From positions 1 through 64,000 of the forward strand of contig JAYTOU010000016.1 in assembly GCA_043747615.1 (NCBI GenBank): a stretch of DNA of 64,000 nucleotides, in the 5' to 3' direction. This stretch comes from Myxococcales bacterium (GTDB lineage: Bacteria > Myxococcota_A > Polyangia > Polyangiales > Polyangiaceae). The notes below the pieces were generated by a model. It saw nothing but the letters and a program-made list of their open reading frames with translations, ran no database searches and was not told where the DNA came from. Below are positions 58,504-64,000 of the stretch, piece by piece; positions within the stretch are counted from its first letter, which is position 1, and every line of letters starts with the position of its first letter. Made by a program: the position numbers and the translations under genes.

Positions 58504-59415
58504 TTAGCGCGCGGCTTCGAGGATCTGGCGGACCACACGCACGGGGTCGTCACTCGTCACGGCGCGAACCATGCGGGCGCCGCGCGCCACCAAATCGGCT
58601 TCCCAGGTTCGTTGAAGCTCGGCGAGCGCTGCGAGGTAGCTGTCGCGTGTCGTCTCCACGTCGGTCTCCACAACGACGCTGCCTTCGAGCGACCGGAAGC
58701 GGACGGTGCCTTGAAAGGGCAATGTCGCTTCGTCCGGATCGAGGGTTTGCACGACGACGACGACGCGCCCACGCGAAGCGATGGATGCAATGCGATCCGC
58801 GGAGCCGTCCGGCAGATCGAGGAGATCGCTGAGCACCACCACGATCGAGCCACGACGTGCCGCACGGGCGATGCCTCCGAGGCCGCGATCGAGCATCGCC
58901 AGGTCGGCGCGGATGTCCCCGCCGGCGTCTGCCACTTCTAGTGAGGCCACGATGCGGTCGAAGGCCTCGTGACCGCCGGAAACAGGTAGATTTCGAGTCG
59001 ACTCGCTGCCGCCGAAAAACGTGAGCCCGACCGGATCGCCGTTGCCGATTGCCAGGCGAGCGAGAGCTGCGCCGACCAAGGCACACCAGGCAAGCTTTGC
59101 TCCCGGAGCGCGTTCACCGCGGTACGCCATGGAGGCGGTCGCATCGATGACCAAGCGGAGCGCGCGATCGGTCTCGGTCTCGAACTGACGGACGAGGAGG
59201 CGATCGTGAAGAAGGAGCGAGCGTCGATCGAGCCAGCGGAGATCGTCGCCAGGCGTGTACGCGCGGTGCCCGCCGAACTCGACGCCTGCACCCCTCCGCG
59301 CACTTCGGTGCGCCCCCGCGTAGACACCTTCGGCAACGAGGCGTGATCGGAGCTTGAGAGGCGCGAGACTTCCCCAGTCGAGCTGCTTGCGAATGCTCCG
59401 CGCCGGCGTCGCCAT
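58504..59415 (-). CDS. DUF58 domain protein
   Basis: GAHRSARRGAGVEFGGHRAYTPGDDLRWLD, VRQFE, IDATASM, VLSD. Confidence 0.92.
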   Translation of the reverse strand: MATPARSIRKQLDWGSLAPLKLRSRLVAEGVYAGAHRSARRGAGVEFGGHRAYTPGDDLRWLDRRSLLLHDRLLVRQFETETDRALRLVIDATASMAYRGERAPGAKLAWCALVGAALARLAIGNGDPVGLTFFGGSESTRNLPVSGGHEAFDRIVASLEVADAGGDIRADLAMLDRGLGGIARAARRGSIVVVLSDLLDLPDGSADRIASIASRGRVVVVVQTLDPDEATLPFQGTVRFRSLEGSVVVETDVETTRDSYLAALAELQRTWEADLVARGARMVRAVTSDDPVRVVRQILEAAR

Positions 59416-59417
59416 GG

Positions 59418-61649
59418 CTAAGGGAGTCCGACCTCGGGCACCGGGCCAGTCACATGAATGCGCGGACCGTCGAGCATGTCGCGGGTGAGCGCGACCTCCA
59501 TGAGATCGACTCCGCCGGCCGTGAGCACTTGCTTGAGCGTCGACTCGGCTCCGCGTGCATCGCCCGACGCACGGCGGTCGAGCGCCGCGTAGAACAGCGC
59601 TTCCGTTTTCTGGGCCGGAGTCTTCGCGCTCGAAACGAGCTCGTCGGCCTTGATGCGACCGCCGCCAAACGCAGCCAGGCGACCGATCCAACGACCGTCG
59701 TCGACGATGGAAGCGAAGACGCGCTCGGAGCCGCCGTCCGTCGTGGCGTGCACCTGCTTTTCGATGAAACGCACCCACAGCGCGAGGTAGATCAAGTCCT
59801 CTTCTTCGAGATCAGCGGCGACTGCGCGCTTCAATCCGTCGCGCCCGGACAATAGATCTCCGCGGAGCAGAGCGCGCCCGACCATGATGCCGAGGGTGGC
59901 CGAGGCTTGACCTTTGTCGCGCGGCGCCGCATCGAACGCGCGTTCCAAGGCTTTTTGGGCCGGCTTCTCGGCGCCGAAGCGATCGAGCACCTTGGCGAGC
60001 ACACGTTCGAGGCGAGCTCGTTCGTCCGAATCGGCCGGTGGTCCGGAGCGCGCGCGAACGAGATCCTTGAGTGCGTCTGCGAGCGAGGCGCGAGCCGCTG
60101 CAGCGTCACCCCCTTGGCGCGCAATGTCACTCAACGTGAGGAGGATCTCCGCTCGGAGCGGAGCGTCTTTCGCGACGTCGGGCGCGAGGAGCGACTCCTT
60201 CAAGTGGGCGACGGCCGCCGGGATCCGGCCTTCGTAGCGCTCGATGCGCGCCAGCGTAGAGAGCACTGCTCCCGACTTTTCGGTCTGCGAAGCTTGGTTG
60301 AGGAGCACGCTCGCTTGCGCAATCCGACCTTCGCGCAGCTCGATCTCGCCCATCATGGCTCGTACCTGCGCCGAGCTCGGCTGCAGCTTGCCCGCGAGGG
60401 CCGGTGCATCTGCGAGGGCGAGAAGCGGGAGCGCCGCTGCGTACGCACGTCGCGCCGCACTGGCGTCCTGAGCTTCGACCTCTAGCCCCATCGCGTGAAT
60501 CGCGATCGCGAGCACACCGCTGATGGTGCGTGGATCGTCGTGTGCGCGTGCCGCTTGAAGAAGGATCGCGGGGCTGGCTTCCGCCATTCCGTATTCCTGA
60601 AGCCCCGCGGCCACCGCGCCCGCCGCTTCCGGGAGCGAAGGATCGAGACGGTAGGCCTCCATTGCCACCCCGAACGCCGCTGCTCGGATCAGCTCGCGGT
60701 CGTCCATATTTTCTTCTTCACCGGGTGCGCCGTCACCTTGCGCGGGCCTCAACGCGTGGAGGAGATCGAGCCAACGCTGGGCATCTTTCGGCTTGTCTAC
60801 GGCGGCCTCGAGCGCCTGCACCAGATCGTGACGCACGAGCTCACTCGATTGCGAGCGCAGAGGATCGACGGCCTTCAGCGCGCCTCGAGCGTCTCCGTCA
60901 CGAAGGTAGATTGCGGCAAGGGTGGTCCCGCCCGACTGAAGCGCGCGACCAACTTCGAGCCCCTCTTCACGCGGCGGACGCGTGCGCTCTGCACGCGCTT
61001 TTACCAGAAGCTCCAGGGCCTTCTCGACCCACTGTCGCGTTCGCGAATTTGCATCTTCGAGGGCGACGTCACTCGGCTCGAGGAGGCGCCTGGCCACGGC
61101 CATGGTCTCGAGAGCGCCCGCGCTCTGCACCGGACCGGCGGACGCCGCGGTGTCTTTCGTCCACGAGGCGAGCGCGTCGAGGTGACGCTGGATTTCGCGC
61201 TTTTCGGCATCGGCTGAGACGCGAAGTAAGATCTCGTAGACCGCGCGGGCCCGTCCTTCGTCACCGCGTGCTGCAAGCTCGCGCGCAGCGGGAACGAGAG
61301 CATCCCGCCAGCTCGAAGAGAGCATCGTCGGCTTGAGCTCGCGGGTGTGGAGGAGATAGAGCCCGCCGGTCACCGCAGCGAGCCCGCCGTCAACGGAGTG
61401 CGCTTTAAAACGCGCCGACGCACGCGACATCTGCCGCGCTTCGATTCCCGCGAGGCGCGCTCCGCGTTCCGGCGAGCCAGGTTCACTCGCGAGAAGATCG
61501 CGCACCGCAGAGGCAAAACCATCTTCGCTGACCGCTACGTTGGGTGCCGTGGATCGCTCCCCGTGGCCCGGATGTTCGCCCGCGGGGAGCCCGCCTCCGC
61601 CACAACCGACGAGGAGCGATGAAAGAATGATCAGCAAGGCTTTGCGCAT
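59418..61649 (-). CDS. Large TPR-repeat lipoprotein
   Basis: Lipobox LVGC; long all-helical Ala-rich repeats; C-terminal EALFYAAL. Confidence 0.75.
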   Translation of the reverse strand: MRKALLIILSSLLVGCGGGGLPAGEHPGHGERSTAPNVAVSEDGFASAVRDLLASEPGSPERGARLAGIEARQMSRASARFKAHSVDGGLAAVTGGLYLLHTRELKPTMLSSSWRDALVPAARELAARGDEGRARAVYEILLRVSADAEKREIQRHLDALASWTKDTAASAGPVQSAGALETMAVARRLLEPSDVALEDANSRTRQWVEKALELLVKARAERTRPPREEGLEVGRALQSGGTTLAAIYLRDGDARGALKAVDPLRSQSSELVRHDLVQALEAAVDKPKDAQRWLDLLHALRPAQGDGAPGEEENMDDRELIRAAAFGVAMEAYRLDPSLPEAAGAVAAGLQEYGMAEASPAILLQAARAHDDPRTISGVLAIAIHAMGLEVEAQDASAARRAYAAALPLLALADAPALAGKLQPSSAQVRAMMGEIELREGRIAQASVLLNQASQTEKSGAVLSTLARIERYEGRIPAAVAHLKESLLAPDVAKDAPLRAEILLTLSDIARQGGDAAAARASLADALKDLVRARSGPPADSDERARLERVLAKVLDRFGAEKPAQKALERAFDAAPRDKGQASATLGIMVGRALLRGDLLSGRDGLKRAVAADLEEEDLIYLALWVRFIEKQVHATTDGGSERVFASIVDDGRWIGRLAAFGGGRIKADELVSSAKTPAQKTEALFYAALDRRASGDARGAESTLKQVLTAGGVDLMEVALTRDMLDGPRIHVTGPVPEVGLP

Positions 61650-61707
61650 CGATCGCGATTCTACACGCGCGCGAGGGAAGTGGCCCGTCGGTGTTGGGCC
61701 TTGTCGA

Positions 61708-62844
61708 CTAGAATCGTGCGCCAACCGCCAGACGAAGGGCGATGAAGCGGGCATCGAAAACCGGGTTCGTGGGAACGGGACCGGTGTTCGTGTCGGTGCT
61801 CTTGAAGGGCGCGACCGGAATGAGCAAGCCCACGAGCGGGGTCACCGGACCGAGGTGAAAGCGCACTTGGGGCTCGAGGATCGCGAGGACGCTGCTGTCC
61901 CGATCCTCTTTGTCGAAGGCAACGTTGAGCCAAACGCGGGCGCCGACGTCGAGCCACTCTTTGAGCTCGTAGGTGGCTCGAAGGCCGACGGTGACCTCGC
62001 CGAGGTACGTCTTTTTGAGTGTGCTCGACGCGCTGAGCAGGTTGTCCATCTTGACGAACGGCTCGAGCTCGAGCTTCTTTGATCGGTACTCGAGCGCAAG
62101 CTCGGGAACGATGCCGAATCGTCGCGCCGCGAACATGGCGTTCTCTTCGTTGCCACGCGATGCGCCGGCCGCGCGAAGAATGGAGAAGCGATCGAGCGCC
62201 TCATGATTGCGGGCCGCGGTAGGCTCTGCGTTGATCTCCTCCGCTTCCGGAGTCTCCAGACCGGCTGACGTGGGGAGCGCGAGTCCGAGCGTCGGAAGTA
62301 GCTTGAGCTTCTTCGAGAGCTCGATCTCGGTTCCGACGGCGACCTCGATGTTGCCGAAGGTGGTGGCGCCGCGGATGTTCTTCAGCCCGCCCGGAGTGAG
62401 CACGCCGTGTACGAGCGGGATGCGCGCGCCGACCCTGAGCTTGGGACTGACCCAGTAGCCGAAGCCGAGGATGTACGAGTCGCTCGAGACCTTGGTGTTG
62501 TCGAGCGTTTGGCTCGGCACCGTTCCGAAGGTGGAGGGCGAGGTTTGGTTGACTGCGGGGACTTTCCCGAAGCCAAAGACGGCGTCGAGGCCGATTTCGA
62601 ACTTCTTCTCGGTCTCTTTGCCTTCGCCTTCGCCGGCCTCGCCCGCCTCGGCGCCGCCGATCTCGACGTGGCCTTCTTCTTTTTTCCCGTCGGCCTTGTC
62701 GAGGTCGCCGTGTGCATGCGCGCTTCGCCCAGCCGTCACGGCTAAAGCGAGAACCAAAACCTTCAACGCGCTCAATCGCCGCGCGGGCTTCAACGCGCTC
62801 AATCGCCGCGCGGGCTTCGTCACCAACGTTGTCGAGGTCCTCAT
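61708..62844 (-). CDS. Probable outer-membrane beta-barrel protein
   Basis: Signal peptide ending AHA, amphipathic strands, terminal LAVGARF (C-terminal Phe). Confidence 0.7.
   Translation of the reverse strand: MRTSTTLVTKPARRLSALKPARRLSALKVLVLALAVTAGRSAHAHGDLDKADGKKEEGHVEIGGAEAGEAGEGEGKETEKKFEIGLDAVFGFGKVPAVNQTSPSTFGTVPSQTLDNTKVSSDSYILGFGYWVSPKLRVGARIPLVHGVLTPGGLKNIRGATTFGNIEVAVGTEIELSKKLKLLPTLGLALPTSAGLETPEAEEINAEPTAARNHEALDRFSILRAAGASRGNEENAMFAARRFGIVPELALEYRSKKLELEPFVKMDNLLSASSTLKKTYLGEVTVGLRATYELKEWLDVGARVWLNVAFDKEDRDSSVLAILEPQVRFHLGPVTPLVGLLIPVAPFKSTDTNTGPVPTNPVFDARFIALRLAVGARF
62761..62818. repeat. Perfect 27-bp tandem duplication
   Basis: CTTCAACGCGCTCAATCGCCGCGCGGG twice (62761-62787, 62788-62814) plus CTTC; encodes PARRLSALK x2. 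Confidence 0.95.
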
Positions 62845-63003
62845 GCGTACGATCTCCCGCATCCCCTTTCGCATCGTGCAAGGTGCTCTGGCAAGCCGCC
62901 TCTTTAGGGACAGCCCCATTTCGCCATGTTGGCGGTCATTTTCCTGAGAATTGCCGAGGGAAACATGGTCTGCACGTGACGCTCTAGGGATAGAGTCGTG
63001 GCC

Positions 63004-64000
63004 ATGGCCCGCGCGCATCTTCTCGTCGTCGATGACGAGCCTTCGATCCTCACCACTCTTCAGAAGGCGCTCACCCTCGAGGGATACGGCGTGGACGTCG
63101 CCGGAGGCGTCAAGGTCGCCGAGGAGAAGCTCAAGAAGCGCAGCTACGATCTATGTCTTTTCGACGTAACGCTGCCCGATGGCGACGGTCTCGAGCTCCT
63201 GCAACACCTCCGCGCGGCGAAGAACGACACGCCGGTGATCATGATGAGCGGACACGCCACCATCGACACCGCTGTCCGCGCGACCCGGCTCGGTGCCCTC
63301 AATTTTCTTGAAAAACCCCTCAATACCGACGCGCTCCTCATCTCCGTGGAGACGGCGCTTCGCCTCGATCGCGCGGAGGCAGAGGCGAAGGCGCTGCGCG
63401 TGGCCTCGGGTGCGTCAGGCGATCTGGTGGGGGACAGTGCGCCGATCAAGAAGCTGCTCGAGCAGATCGGGCGCGCGGCGAAGAGCGCTGCGAGCGTGCT
63501 GGTCACGGGCGAACGGGGAACCGGAAAAGAGCTCGTGGCGCGCGCCATCCACCAGATGTCGCCGCGCGCGAAAGGCCCGCTCGAGAAGCTGAATTGTGCG
63601 GCGCTCCCCAGCGAGCTGATCGAGAGTGAGCTCTTCGGCCACGAGGCGGGAGCCTTCACCGGAGCGACGAAGCAGCGGCGCGGAAAATTCGAGCGCGCGA
63701 GCGGAGGCACACTCTTTCTCGACGAGGTGGGGGACATGCCGCTGGCGATGCAAGCCAAGCTGCTGCGCGTCTTGCAAGAGCGAGAGATCGAGCGCGTGGG
63801 CGGGAACGAGACCATCAAGGTGGACGCGCGGGTGGTCGCCGCGACGAACCGCGATCTCACTCTGGCCTGCGAAAAAGGGAGCTTTCGGGCCGATCTCTAC
63901 GATCGTTTGAACGTCGTGCCTCTCGCCATTCCGCCGCTCCGTTCGCGGCGCGAGGACATCCCGGTGCTGGGGCGTCACTTTCTCGATCTCGCCGCGCGCG
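63004..64000 (+). CDS. Sigma-54-dependent response regulator, NtrC family (runs off window; absent from ORF track)
   Basis: [58 protein letters not shown]. Confidence 0.95.
   Translation, partial: MARAHLLVVDDEPSILTTLQKALTLEGYGVDVAGGVKVAEEKLKKRSYDLCLFDVTLPDGDGLELLQHLRAAKNDTPVIMMSGHATIDTAVRATRLGALNFLEKPLNTDALLISVETALRLDRAEAEAKALRVASGASGDLVGDSAPIKKLLEQIGRAAKSAASVLVTGERGTGKELVARAIHQMSPRAKGPLEKLNCAALPSELIESELFGHEAGAFTGATKQRRGKFERASGGTLFLDEVGDMPLAMQAKLLRVLQEREIERVGGNETIKVDARVVAATNRDLTLACEKGSFRADLYDRLNVVPLAIPPLRSRREDIPVLGRHFLDLAAR

Overview
GC-rich bacterial chromosome segment that looks myxobacterial (Polyangiales-like), judged from a MYXO-CTERM-type sorting tail, an AgmX/PglI (GltG-like) protein, eukaryotic-type Ser/Thr kinases, an FHA-domain and a kinase-fused sigma-54 activator, and many lipoproteins. 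It starts with the canonical tRNA-Thr(TGT), Tyr, Gly, Thr(GGT), tuf unit on the minus strand. Housekeeping genes include trmB, cysQ, folK, prkA, bcp, a partial ATP synthase operon (b', b, delta, alpha, gamma; no a, c, beta, epsilon), manC, uvrB and hutF. No CRISPR array, rRNA, transposase, integrase or phage gene was seen. The most unusual locus is 42205-49933 (minus strand), a stand-alone trio of respiratory complex I membrane-arm paralogues (NuoH-, NuoL-, NuoM-like). Each carries an extra, predicted periplasmic domain: lipoprotein signal + IPT/TIG + PDZ on NuoH, a ~160-aa beta-rich insert with an Asp7 run in NuoL, and signal peptide + Ig-like domain on NuoM. Each has also lost key quinone-site or proton-pathway residues. 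A 16-Cys lipoprotein gene is interleaved, and a sensor-less histidine kinase with a degenerate ATP-binding site follows. Other points: a ~45-aa insert in AtpA, two frameshifted or eroded genes, an unlisted small DUF465 ORF, and repeated -10-like hexamers 7-8 nt before start codons (possible leaderless mRNAs). All family assignments come from motif recognition by eye, not database searches.
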